Part shown: piece by piece, positions 1-9,084 of the stretch
How positions within the stretch are numbered: the stretch's first letter is position 1
Layout: every line of letters starts with the position of its first letter
NCBI GenBank assembly: GCA_018062625.1
Contig: JAGORV010000001.1
Coordinates: 33,887 to 97,886, forward strand
Source of the DNA: Candidatus Woesebacteria bacterium
Lineage (GTDB): Bacteria; Patescibacteriota; Microgenomatia; UBA10105; UBA927
Direction: 5' to 3'
DNA length: 64,000 bases
Program-made: the position numbers and the translations under genes
The notes under the pieces: model-generated
What the model saw: the letters and a program-made list of their open reading frames with translations, nothing else
Database searches by the model: none
Told to the model about the DNA's origin: nothing

Positions 1-1
1 G

Positions 2-118
2 TTAACTGAGAGCATTACTTCTCAAAATAGAGCCCTTGGTATGCCATTTGAGCATGGTAGGGTACGAGGATATCTTGAAAGAGTGGCAAAAGAAGGTTCT
101 CGTGTTGTAACCCAAATT
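2..118 (+). CDS. 3' end of an unidentified gene that starts before the window
   Basis: Frame 2 is open from the window edge to TAG at 116-118 (..GMPFEHGRVRGYLERVAKEGSRVVTQI*). No motif recognised. Confidence 0.3.
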
Positions 119-711
119 TAGAACGATTTTGTTTTCACTTTTCCTGCACGCTTGTATTTAGCGAAAATTACCCCAGTTGGAGTAACTTGGGATTCGTAAA
201 GCGTAAATGCAGCAGGTATCGTGCCTTTTTCAAACAATCGCTTTCCGCTTCCAAGAGTGATGGGAAATATTTTAAGCCAAAATTCATTGACTAAATCATG
301 CTGCATGAGTGTCTGAACGAGGTTCGCGCTTCCATACACCTGTAGATCTGGCCCTTCTGAATTTATTAATTTTTTTAAACCATCAACATCATTTATAACT
401 TCTGTATTTTCCCAAGTTGGATTTTTTAAGGTTTTAGAAACAACATATTTTGTAATTTTGTTCACTTGAGGCCATGTTTCTGTATGTGTTGGCCAATATC
501 CCACCCAGTTATCGTACGTTTTGCGACCAAGGAGTAGAGCACCTGTCGCTTTCATCTGTTTCTCCATCTCGGTACCCCCAACTTCAGCTTCAAAGAGTGG
601 TCCCATCCACCCACCGAATTTAAATCCTTCGGCTTCATCTTCTTTTGATTCACCGGGAGCCTGTATGACGCCATCGAGGGTGATGAATTCGAGTACAAGA
701 ATTTTTCTCAT
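118..711 (-). CDS. dihydrofolate reductase family protein (RibD C-terminal domain-like)
   Basis: 197 aa. The N-terminus MRKILVLEFITLDGVIQAPG..FKFGGW and LLLGRKTY, VYGSANL are typical of the YwjB/RibD_C family. Confidence 0.75.
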   Translation of the reverse strand: MRKILVLEFITLDGVIQAPGESKEDEAEGFKFGGWMGPLFEAEVGGTEMEKQMKATGALLLGRKTYDNWVGYWPTHTETWPQVNKITKYVVSKTLKNPTWENTEVINDVDGLKKLINSEGPDLQVYGSANLVQTLMQHDLVNEFWLKIFPITLGSGKRLFEKGTIPAAFTLYESQVTPTGVIFAKYKRAGKVKTKSF

Positions 712-769
712 AAAAGCATTCTAGCACGAACTATTCTTAGCTTCAGCTCTGCGGTATAATACTACCACT

Positions 770-840
770 TGCGGGATCGTATAACGGTAGTACAGCAGAC
801 TCTGAATCTGCTTATCTTGGTCCGAATCCAAGTCCCGCAG
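770..840 (+). tRNA. tRNA-Gln (anticodon CUG)
   Basis: Hand-folded cloverleaf. Acceptor TGCGGGA(770-776)/TCCCGCA(833-839). D stem GTAT/GTAC. Anticodon stem GCAGA/TCTGC with loop CTCTGAA (CTG at 802-804). T arm CTTGG-TCCGAAT-CCAAG. The U1-A72 pair and G73 match bacterial tRNA-Gln. No encoded CCA. Confidence 0.85.
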
Positions 841-919
841 CACTGATAAGAATCGAATCTATGGAGCTCAACGGAGTGGAACGGAAATCCCGGAAAGGGG
901 ATAAGTTCCGTAGCAATCC

Positions 920-2089
920 TTATGATGGAAAGATAAAAAGTTCTTTCTCCGCGCGGGTGACCGCTGTATATAGCCAACGCTTCCATTGATCATCATCCAT
1001 TTGCTTAAACCTCTCTTCAAAAAGTATCACTCGTTTGGCTTGGCTCCCTTGTGCCTTGTGTACTGTGAGGGCATAACCGAAATCAAAGAGATCACCACGA
1101 ACCGTTTGCTTCCTGTTTTCTGTAAAGTTCAGCGCACTATCAGCACCAAACTGTGCAATGGAAATAAGCCCTTCGTACGTTTCATCAGAACCATCCATGG
1201 CGATTTCAGCTGCATACCAGTCTTTGTCTTTCTGTTCTATGCTGATGATCGTTCCCAACATGCCGTTATATATTTTTGCCATATGATTATTTCGCAGGCA
1301 TATTACACGATCTCCACTGGTTGGGGTCGGGGATTCGAAGCCTAGTGAGTTTCGTATATGCGCATTGAGTCGTTTGCGAGTGGTGTTGTATCCACAGAGG
1401 ATAAGCGTATCTGTGGAGTAGTTAGACAGCATTTCACTCATGCGTTCACCGGTCTCGCTATCGTTGCGATCAAATTTGATGACGTTGTTGGAATATTTTT
1501 TTGCCTCTATCACACCCGTTTTTCTTGCTTGAATTGAGACATCTATGATGGGATTGAGTTTGGCTTGTCGGTGTATCTCTACAAGCGTCACGTTGGGTTT
1601 TTGCATGAGATTAAAGTTTCCTTTGATTGGAGGGAGCTGTCCGTGATCACCGACAACGATAATGGGCTTACCATATGCTAGAAGATGTTCCCAGATGATT
1701 CCATCGACCATAGATGCTTCGTCTATGATGATGAGGTCACATTCAATCTCTTCTTTGGTTTTCCAACCGACTATTTCTTCGTTGGTGTTTACTATCGGTG
1801 TATAGATGAGAGAGTGGATGGTGCCGACAGTATCGGATTTTAGAATCGCATTTTCTTCGGTGAGTTTGCGTTGCAATACACGCGCGGCCTTTCCTGTATA
1901 GCTAGCAAATCCTACTTTGAGATGTTTATCTATTTCGTGTAGTTCTTTTCGTAGGATTGCGATTAGTGTGGTTTTGCCAGTTCCTGCATATCCACCCAGC
2001 GTCACATATTGCATCTCGTGTTTGTCTTTTTTATACCACTCAAGGATATGGTCAAGGCAAAGTTTTTGGTCGTGGGAGAGTTGTTGCAT
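920..2089 (-). CDS. compact SF1 RecD/Dda-like ATP-dependent DNA helicase
   Basis: 389 aa. Walker A GGYAGTGKTT, motif II IIIDEASMV, VGDHGQLPP, and C-terminal LTVHKAQGSQ and YTAVTRAEKELFIF. Confidence 0.8.
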   Translation of the reverse strand: MQQLSHDQKLCLDHILEWYKKDKHEMQYVTLGGYAGTGKTTLIAILRKELHEIDKHLKVGFASYTGKAARVLQRKLTEENAILKSDTVGTIHSLIYTPIVNTNEEIVGWKTKEEIECDLIIIDEASMVDGIIWEHLLAYGKPIIVVGDHGQLPPIKGNFNLMQKPNVTLVEIHRQAKLNPIIDVSIQARKTGVIEAKKYSNNVIKFDRNDSETGERMSEMLSNYSTDTLILCGYNTTRKRLNAHIRNSLGFESPTPTSGDRVICLRNNHMAKIYNGMLGTIISIEQKDKDWYAAEIAMDGSDETYEGLISIAQFGADSALNFTENRKQTVRGDLFDFGYALTVHKAQGSQAKRVILFEERFKQMDDDQWKRWLYTAVTRAEKELFIFPS

Positions 2090-2130
2090 ACAGAAATCTC
2101 ATTATACATTTGTAGTACTATAATGAAACT

Positions 2131-2706
2131 ATGCAAGTAGATCCTTCATCTATTATGGTATTTAGCGATAGCGCCCAATGGGAAAAGTGGCTTGAGAAAA
2201 ACGGAAAACTTTCCGATGGGATTTGGTTGCGATTGGGCAATAAAAATTCTAATCTAAAAACTTTGAGTTATGTGGAGGCGGTGGACGTTGCCCTTTGCTT
2301 TGGGTGGATAGATAGTCTGGTGCACAAATATGATGCATCCTCGCATATCCAAAAGTTTACACCACGTAGAAAGCGAAGTATTTGGTCCAAAATAAATCGA
2401 GAAAAGGTAGAACGCCTCATAAAAGAGGGAAAAATGCGCCCGACTGGTCTTGTACAGGTAGTTGCAGCAAAAAAAGATGGACGATGGGAGGCTGCATATG
2501 ACTCTCCGACAACCAGCACCATCCCTGAAGAATTTATAAAAGAGTTGGGGAAACATAAAAAAGCGAAAGAATTTTTTGCTACGCTGAACAAATCAAATTT
2601 GTACGCCATCTCATGGCGATTACAAACTGCAAAGAAACCTGAAACTCGAGCAAATCGTATGAGAGTGATTATTGAAATGCTGGCGAAAGGCGAAAAGTTT
2701 CATTAG
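2131..2706 (+). CDS. YdeI/OmpD-associated family protein
   Basis: 191 aa. The family-typical strings are WLRLGNK..., EAVDVALCFGWIDS, KFTPRRKRSIWSKIN and a C-terminal TRANR. Confidence 0.65.
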   Translation: MQVDPSSIMVFSDSAQWEKWLEKNGKLSDGIWLRLGNKNSNLKTLSYVEAVDVALCFGWIDSLVHKYDASSHIQKFTPRRKRSIWSKINREKVERLIKEGKMRPTGLVQVVAAKKDGRWEAAYDSPTTSTIPEEFIKELGKHKKAKEFFATLNKSNLYAISWRLQTAKKPETRANRMRVIIEMLAKGEKFH

Positions 2707-2711
2707 AAAAA

Positions 2712-3662
2712 CTACTTGTTATACAGAGCCAACAATCGAATGATGGTGAAAATATTGGTTTTTAGCTCTTCCAGTATATGCGAGATTCGGGATTGTTCTC
2801 TACATATATTATCCAATTGTGCTTTATCATTTGGTGTTAAGGCCAGTGTTTTAGATGAAGACGGATACATAAGGTCCGATGTACCATCTGTGTGTTCGAA
2901 AGCTCGTGCATGTCCCAATTCATGTGCGAGCGTGTGTACAAGTTCATTGTTGTCGACTACAAAATAGATAGCGATAGTATTTTCTGTTGGGTTATATAAT
3001 CCCTCTTCAGGTTTTTGAATAATTTTTTCGTTAAATTCATTCATATTATTTTTGAGATCACTGAGGTTTGCGTTGAAGTTACTAGCTCCTAGATTGAGTT
3101 GATCTGCTCTAGCGTTGAGTGAGTCTCTTTCTGCTTTCAGTGCGTTTTGTTCTGATACAAGAGAGTTGTATTCATCTTCTGAGACATTTCCAGCGCGATT
3201 GGCTTGATCGACTCGTGAGTTAAAATTGGCTAATCTTTTTTCAAATGCCACCACATCAGCGTCATACGCATCTATTTGTCTCTGAAGTGTCGAGTTTTTC
3301 TGGTCAAGTTGATTTTGTTGGGCACTAATTTTTTCATTTAGCGCAGTGCGCTCGTCATATACAAAATTTACGGTGAGCTCAGCATCGGGGGAATAGATAA
3401 AAAGGGGTTTGATATATGAGTCGTTCCAGATAGTAGCAGCTTTTTGTATATTGGCTAATGCATTCTCCTGAGAGAGTTTAAATCGTGAATCTATGGAGCC
3501 GAGTGAATAGGTGATTGGTACGTCGCATGCATTATAGGAGAGAAGTTTAGTAACTTTTGTGCGTATGGCGGGTATGCTGTATATGAAGATGCCTATGCAT
3601 ACACATAAAAATAAGAATGCTGCGAGAGAAAACCTATTCTTTGCTATTGTTTGATATGACAT
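2712..3662 (-). CDS. membrane-anchored metzincin-like zinc metalloprotease with a coiled-coil insertion
   Basis: 316 aa. N-terminal TM helix, then HELGHARAFEH (HExxHxxAxxH) followed by DLMYP (Met-turn-like). About 120 aa of Q/N/D-rich heptad-like sequence precede the active-site helix. Confidence 0.6.
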   Translation of the reverse strand: MSYQTIAKNRFSLAAFLFLCVCIGIFIYSIPAIRTKVTKLLSYNACDVPITYSLGSIDSRFKLSQENALANIQKAATIWNDSYIKPLFIYSPDAELTVNFVYDERTALNEKISAQQNQLDQKNSTLQRQIDAYDADVVAFEKRLANFNSRVDQANRAGNVSEDEYNSLVSEQNALKAERDSLNARADQLNLGASNFNANLSDLKNNMNEFNEKIIQKPEEGLYNPTENTIAIYFVVDNNELVHTLAHELGHARAFEHTDGTSDLMYPSSSKTLALTPNDKAQLDNICREQSRISHILEELKTNIFTIIRLLALYNK

Positions 3663-3721
3663 ATCTTGTTTAGTCTAGCAAGCTTTATACGTGCGATCAA
3701 TCGCAGTAGAATATCGAAGAT

Positions 3722-4705
3722 TTACCAGCGTTGATGTACATACGGCATAACGAAATCTGTATAGATTGACGCAACCTTTTTTTGAATATCACGAGAAAGT
3801 CTGGGTAATTCACAAGTGTGCACATTGTCCGTTATTTGTTCAGGGTGTTTTCCACCGGGGATGATAGTCGAGACGGCATCTTGTTCTAGAATCCATCGTA
3901 GGGCAAATTGTGGCATAGAATATCCGCGTGGCAATATTTGTTTCAATTTGTTTACTGTTTGTAGTCCTAGTTCAAATGGGATGCCCGCAAATGTTTCACC
4001 TACATCAAAAGATCCGCCCTGTCGATTATAGTTTCGATGATCGTTTGTAGGAAAGTTCGTATCTATAGTCATTTTTCCGCTCAGCAAGCCGCTTGCCAGT
4101 GGAACACGGATGATGATGCCTATATTTTTCTTTTTTGCTTGTTCGAAAAAAAGTTCAGCAGGACGCTGTCGAAACATATTGTAAATAATCTGTACCGTAG
4201 AAAGGTTTGGATATTCTATGGATTTGAGGCCTTCCTCTACTTTTTCTACACTTACGCCATAGAAACGAATTTTCTTTTTTACCACCATTTCATCGAGTGC
4301 AGTAAACACTTCTTGGTTGTAATACACGGACGTGGGTGGACAATGAAGCTGGAGGAGGTCTAGAGTCTGTACGCCAAGATTTTCTCGACTTCGATCGACG
4401 AAAGCATTCAAGTTTTCTTTGGTGTAGCCTTCGGCTACATGAGGATTTAGCCTCCTTCCTGCTTTGGTTGCTACATATATACGCTCCTTGCGTTGTTTCA
4501 GGAGTTTCCCAATACGCTGTTCACTTTTTCCATCCCCATATACATCAGCGGTATCGATAAAGTTTACTCCCTGATCGATGGCGCTATGAAGCACGGACAT
4601 AGCCTGTTCTTCTGATACATTACCCCAATCTGCTCCTAGAGACCAAGAGCCATAACTTATTTCAGAAATTTTATATCCAGTTTTTCCCAAGGTTCGGTAC
4701 TTCAT
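3722..4705 (-). CDS. aldo/keto reductase
   Basis: 327 aa. Contains GSWSLG, IDTADVYGDG, LLQLH and IPGGKHPEQ, which are AKR family hallmarks. Confidence 0.85.
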   Translation of the reverse strand: MKYRTLGKTGYKISEISYGSWSLGADWGNVSEEQAMSVLHSAIDQGVNFIDTADVYGDGKSEQRIGKLLKQRKERIYVATKAGRRLNPHVAEGYTKENLNAFVDRSRENLGVQTLDLLQLHCPPTSVYYNQEVFTALDEMVVKKKIRFYGVSVEKVEEGLKSIEYPNLSTVQIIYNMFRQRPAELFFEQAKKKNIGIIIRVPLASGLLSGKMTIDTNFPTNDHRNYNRQGGSFDVGETFAGIPFELGLQTVNKLKQILPRGYSMPQFALRWILEQDAVSTIIPGGKHPEQITDNVHTCELPRLSRDIQKKVASIYTDFVMPYVHQRW

Positions 4706-4806
4706 GATGGTCTAGTCTACCAATCTTGTGTGTATAGTTCAACGCAACTATGTTCCATGTGTTTGCAAAACGCATACTTCAAGATACGATAGAAAGGGGT
4801 AGTGAT

Positions 4807-5847
4807 ATGACAAAAAATATTCCTATATTATCGAGCATTTATTTGTTCACGATATTTCTTTTGATCGTAGATGTATACAAGTCGGGCACCACAGTGTTCA
4901 AATACACACATATCTCCTCATTTATATATGGATATATCGCCTGTGTGATTATTGTGTTGGCTCGACTGTACGCCCGACGAACGATAAGTACCGCGCTATC
5001 AAGGCTAAATACATATATAGTGTTTCCATGTACCTTTGTAAGTGGTGCGATCCTTACGATATTAGGATATGTGACCCCTCCGAATTTTATCTACTCGTTT
5101 ATTCCACTGCAGATTTCGCAAATTATATTATTGAGCATATTTAGTGGGGTAGTCACGCTTGTGGGGCAGACAAATGCGTGGTATGAAAAATATTACCGAC
5201 AGATAGTGTTCGGAAGCGGGGCAGCTATATTTTGTTATGCGTTGATTGCATCACTACTTCCATTTGATGTGTTTGCAGAACTTTCCAAAGAAGATCACGT
5301 TATAGAATACTTACAAGTAGTGATGTTGACTGTGTCCGCTATATATTTCTTCTTATTTGCTAAGAGATTATATGAGGTGAGAAAGTTAGTTCTGGGGATT
5401 GTCTTTCTTTTTGCGGCAATAGTGCTTGCGATGGTTGTTGGAGATGAGGTGTCTTGGGGACAGCGTATATTGCACATTGCAACACCGAGTTGGATGCTAG
5501 AAAGTAATGTTCAGCAAGAAATTACGGTGCACAATCTTGATTCAGTGGGAAGCGACAAGGTGAATTTGGGATATATACTCATTGGATTGTATGGATCGTT
5601 GAGTTGGGTGTTCCAATATATGTATGCAATATTGAAAAAATATCCACTATCACTTTTTGTGACGCCATGGTTTGCAAGCATATATTTCTTTTTGGGTTTT
5701 ATATTTAATTTGTATATCCGACTTGATAGTACACACACTATATCTGTGTGGGCAGAGTTTGTAGAATTCATGCTTTATAGCGGAATTATGATATATATCG
5801 TGTATATGTATTATGCCTATGACGAACAACAAAATGAAAAAAACTGA
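4807..5847 (+). CDS. polytopic membrane protein of unknown function
   Basis: About 10 hydrophobic segments. I prefer the ATG at 4807, preceded by AAAGGGG, over the ORF-track start at 4750. Confidence 0.5.
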   Translation: MTKNIPILSSIYLFTIFLLIVDVYKSGTTVFKYTHISSFIYGYIACVIIVLARLYARRTISTALSRLNTYIVFPCTFVSGAILTILGYVTPPNFIYSFIPLQISQIILLSIFSGVVTLVGQTNAWYEKYYRQIVFGSGAAIFCYALIASLLPFDVFAELSKEDHVIEYLQVVMLTVSAIYFFLFAKRLYEVRKLVLGIVFLFAAIVLAMVVGDEVSWGQRILHIATPSWMLESNVQQEITVHNLDSVGSDKVNLGYILIGLYGSLSWVFQYMYAILKKYPLSLFVTPWFASIYFFLGFIFNLYIRLDSTHTISVWAEFVEFMLYSGIMIYIVYMYYAYDEQQNEKN

Positions 5848-6136
5848 ATATGCTATTACAGCTAATGTTTGGCTCTACCAAGGGGCTGGAGCTTGGCATT
5901 TTGTGACGATTCCAAAAAATATTTCCGATGAAATTAAGCTACGATATAGCGACCTTATTCGAGGATGGGGATCACTCCGCGTGCGAGTGACTGTAGGGCA
6001 GACACATTGGGCTACGTCTATATTCTTCGACAAAGAATCATCTTGTTACATACTTCCGATTAAAATCGCCGTGCGTAAAGCTGAGGGGATTGTCTTAGAT
6101 CGCGATGTTTCTTTTATTTTAGAACTTGTTGTATGA
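5834..6136 (+). CDS. DUF1905 domain protein
   Basis: GAGAWHFVTIPK..., RVRVTVGQTHWATSIF and YILPIKIAVRKA resemble DUF1905. The start was moved to the internal ATG at 5834. Confidence 0.55.
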   Translation: MKKTEYAITANVWLYQGAGAWHFVTIPKNISDEIKLRYSDLIRGWGSLRVRVTVGQTHWATSIFFDKESSCYILPIKIAVRKAEGIVLDRDVSFILELVV

Positions 6137-6253
6137 TGCTGGATAAGCAGGATCGAGCTTTATGAAACAAATAGACCTCCAACAGTCATGTGGATATCAT
6201 CCTCCTAACCGTATCTAAAGTTTACTTCGCATTGTCTATTTTTATTTTTTCTT

Positions 6254-7357
6254 ATGCTTACCTACTATCAACCATTTTTGTTACCTTTTTTACATCGAAA
6301 ACGATATACGTTACCAGATGGAGTTTTTCAAACGCATTTTTTGTCATTTGAGGATGCGATGTGGTCTATTTTTTCCCTCAAAAATATTTCACAAAAGTCC
6401 ATTGTCTTGGTTCCCGATTTTTACTGTATGGATGTCGTTGAAAATATAGAACGACATGGATACACACCGGTGTTTTATCCGTTGGATAATAACTTTCAAA
6501 TAGCGAAGTTAGTGTTGGAGCGTCTTATCGACACATATAAACCAAGTGTGTTGATCTTGTTTCATGCTTGTGGGATAACCAATACTCGACTTGCAGATGG
6601 CAAGTACATAGAAAAGCTGTGTAATCATATGCTGGTTGTGGAAGATTGTGTCCATCGACTCATAAATCCAACCACCGTTTCTGTGTATCATCCAAATCAT
6701 TTTATGATTGATAGCGTACGAAAAGTGAGCCCGCTCTATGGGAGCTTCGTCTATAGCAAAATGCCGATATCGATTCCTAAAATTCAGATGCGTCAAAAAG
6801 AATATTCGTATATCATACTCACGCATCTTTTATACTCACTTTTTCGTATCGCGTTTGTGCTTGGCGTGGTAATACGCTCATATGGTTTAGTATCGTTTGC
6901 TCATAAACGATTACTGCGTTTTCATGACGACCTAGTAGGTGATAGCACATACGGGTATAAAGGAAGTCGGCGCAATAGAATGCTACATCACTATATAGAT
7001 TTTTCTTATATTGAAACACACAAGCAAAAACAGGTTGCGTTGTACGAGCATTTATTAAAACCGTTATATATTCCCTCATCACCATGGTATGAAGTGCACA
7101 TGCGAAGTTTGGATAAGAAATTACTACATGTTTATCCAGTGGGATTTAAGTCCAGAGCCGATTTTATAGTTGCTGATGTGGAGAAAGTGCTACGAGATAG
7201 TCGTATCCCTGTTTGGTTTAAGTTTCAGGATTCGCCATGGTCAAATAATCGAGCGGTGCTTTTTCTTCCGTTGGGATTTCATGTAACAACTGGGGATATA
7301 CAGCATGTGTGTCGTTTACTTATTCAGTTTCACCGCTTGTCAGCTCCAAATTCTTGA
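6254..7357 (+). CDS. hypothetical protein, possibly a divergent DegT/fold-type-I PLP-like protein
   Basis: 367 aa. VLVPDFYCMDVVENIERHGYTPVFYPLD and LVVEDCVHRL recall DegT-type aminotransferases, and SVRKVS is a weak SxxK candidate. The call is not secure. Confidence 0.3.
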   Translation: MLTYYQPFLLPFLHRKRYTLPDGVFQTHFLSFEDAMWSIFSLKNISQKSIVLVPDFYCMDVVENIERHGYTPVFYPLDNNFQIAKLVLERLIDTYKPSVLILFHACGITNTRLADGKYIEKLCNHMLVVEDCVHRLINPTTVSVYHPNHFMIDSVRKVSPLYGSFVYSKMPISIPKIQMRQKEYSYIILTHLLYSLFRIAFVLGVVIRSYGLVSFAHKRLLRFHDDLVGDSTYGYKGSRRNRMLHHYIDFSYIETHKQKQVALYEHLLKPLYIPSSPWYEVHMRSLDKKLLHVYPVGFKSRADFIVADVEKVLRDSRIPVWFKFQDSPWSNNRAVLFLPLGFHVTTGDIQHVCRLLIQFHRLSAPNS

Positions 7358-8417
7358 CTTGAGGAAGGGCGCTACCCGCTATGCCTTGCATGCCACCATA
7401 AATTCCCGAGATGCCTTTGAGTAGTCCATCTACTTGTGTCTCTCTTTGTTTCCAGAGTTTTTCGTAGGCGTTCCTTTCACGGGTTATTTGCATCTTCATA
7501 TCGAAATACATTTCGACCATGTGTTCTACTTGCTGTACAAACTGTGCACCTGTTACAAAATCATAGAGTTCTTCAGCTTTGCCTTGCTTGTTTAGCGTGA
7601 TGGCTTTTTCTTTGGCTACGTCGTAGAGATTTTTACGAAGCAGTGCCGCAAGTGGCTCAACTGAGTCCAAAGTTGTGACCCACACGCCATTTCGTTCTGC
7701 AATACTTTTGGACATATCCTTTGGTAACACCTCAGTGATGATAATGCCAAGATGTGCTTGGTCACGTCGCATGTCCTCCTTGAGTTTTGTCACCCATTCT
7801 TCTTTCCATGCTTTTGTGCGTTTGCGTTCCCAGAGGATCATGCCACATATGGTGCCACGTTGTGTTTGTACTACTTGTCGTATATCACCACCTAATTCAC
7901 CTTTCTTCACTTCTGTAATTTCGTCGGTAGGAAAGAGAAGTCTCAACGTGTTTTCTAAATCGAGTTCAGCTACTTCGCCCTGTGTCTGCATAGATCCTTG
8001 TTGAGATTTACGATTGAGTTCTTCGATGAGTTTTTCCATGTCCGCAATCTTTTTTTCTTTGTCTAAGTCTTTCAGACGATGCTCATCTACAAGGCGTTTA
8101 GAGGTTTCTTCTTCTATACGTTTTTTTTCTTCATCCATGCGCCGTTGGGTAGCAAGTTCCAGATCTTTTTCCTTCTCTTCTAATTTTCGTGTTTTTTCAC
8201 GTAGGTCGAGTTCTTGTTGGCGAAACTCAGTTATCTTTTTTTCTTTTTCCTCAAGCGTTTTTTGCATATCAGCGAGTTCTAGCTTTTTCTCTTCGTCGAT
8301 ACGCAGTCGCACTGCTTTTTCTATCTCAAGTTTCGCTTCTTCCTTTACATGAGAAAGGATGCCTTCGGAGGCTTCAAATTCGTGTCCACATTTGGGGCAT
8401 TTGATGGCGTTTTGCAT
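7320..8417 (-). CDS. DUF2130 family protein (zinc ribbon, coiled coil, PD-(D/E)XK-like C-terminus)
   Basis: 365 aa. N-terminal IKCPKCGHEFE, then a long E/K-rich coiled coil, then C-terminal GGDI....ILWERK. Confidence 0.7.
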   Translation of the reverse strand: MQNAIKCPKCGHEFEASEGILSHVKEEAKLEIEKAVRLRIDEEKKLELADMQKTLEEKEKKITEFRQQELDLREKTRKLEEKEKDLELATQRRMDEEKKRIEEETSKRLVDEHRLKDLDKEKKIADMEKLIEELNRKSQQGSMQTQGEVAELDLENTLRLLFPTDEITEVKKGELGGDIRQVVQTQRGTICGMILWERKRTKAWKEEWVTKLKEDMRRDQAHLGIIITEVLPKDMSKSIAERNGVWVTTLDSVEPLAALLRKNLYDVAKEKAITLNKQGKAEELYDFVTGAQFVQQVEHMVEMYFDMKMQITRERNAYEKLWKQRETQVDGLLKGISGIYGGMQGIAGSALPQVKNLELTSGETE

Positions 8418-8530
8418 CGTGGGTTTGATTATAATACTTTTTCTGTACTTGGCGAGAATGAAAATATACCCGATTACTATACGGTAGAATTTCTTGCTTA
8501 TGTTGTTGTGGAGCGCTAGAATCGAAAACT

Positions 8531-9082
8531 ATGAGAAGAAGCCCAGAAGAATTTACCCCAGAGCGAGTGAATGGCTCCAATGTGTATGATTTTATAATTT
8601 ATGAAGACATTCCCACTTTTGGTGGGACGGACTCTCAGGCTATTCGTGTGGGGGCGGGGGAAGGGTGGATATTGCATAAGTTTAATCGTGATATTTCTCT
8701 TGCTCGAGCCAAACTTATGAAAGAGGTAACAGCTGAGGTAGCGCAGTATGCCCCGCGATACAGCGCAAACATCGGATTATGGGGGCATACAATTTTACGA
8801 GTCGAGCCAGTGATAAAAGTATTTCAGTCAAATGCGTATCATCAAGCATTTGCTGTTGAGAAATATGTGGGTGGATATCACCCAAGAGATCGCGAAAATA
8901 AATTATTAGACGAGCTGCTTGCCGATTTTAGTTCTGACATGGTCAGGCTTACTGGTCACCGTGGAATTGAAGTGTGTGCGACAAATACAAAAATAAATAG
9001 AATTGGTGGTTGGATTGGACCGTTCGCAAAAAATGAAACAACTGCCACTGATATCTGTCGATACCTAACGCAACTCACGTAA
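8531..9082 (+). CDS. hypothetical protein
   Basis: 183-aa ORF in a coding-dense context. No motif recognised. Confidence 0.4.
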   Translation: MRRSPEEFTPERVNGSNVYDFIIYEDIPTFGGTDSQAIRVGAGEGWILHKFNRDISLARAKLMKEVTAEVAQYAPRYSANIGLWGHTILRVEPVIKVFQSNAYHQAFAVEKYVGGYHPRDRENKLLDELLADFSSDMVRLTGHRGIEVCATNTKINRIGGWIGPFAKNETTATDICRYLTQLT

Positions 9083-9084
9083 TA

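Noticed and set aside
878-909. A nested hairpin GGAAC..ATCCC-ggaaag-GGGAT..GTTCC between tRNA-Gln and the helicase stop.
   Set aside because: It has no U tract on either strand and no recognisable motif. It may be a weak bidirectional pause or stability element, but the evidence is insufficient to call a feature.
762-986. A 74-aa minus-strand ORF.
   Set aside because: It is antisense to tRNA-Gln and overlaps the helicase 3' end, so it is spurious.
7320-7357. A 38-bp convergent overlap between the 6254-7357 ORF and the DUF2130 gene.
   Set aside because: It is probably just compact genome organisation. There is no hairpin or repeat in the overlap and no evidence for antisense regulation.
8014-8352. 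A 112-aa Ser/Phe-rich plus-strand ORF, and the overlapping 71-aa ORF at 8189-8404.
   Set aside because: It is the mirror image of the E/K-rich coiled coil of the DUF2130 gene on the other strand. GAA/AAG repeats read as TTC/CTT in antisense. It is low-complexity and has no SD.
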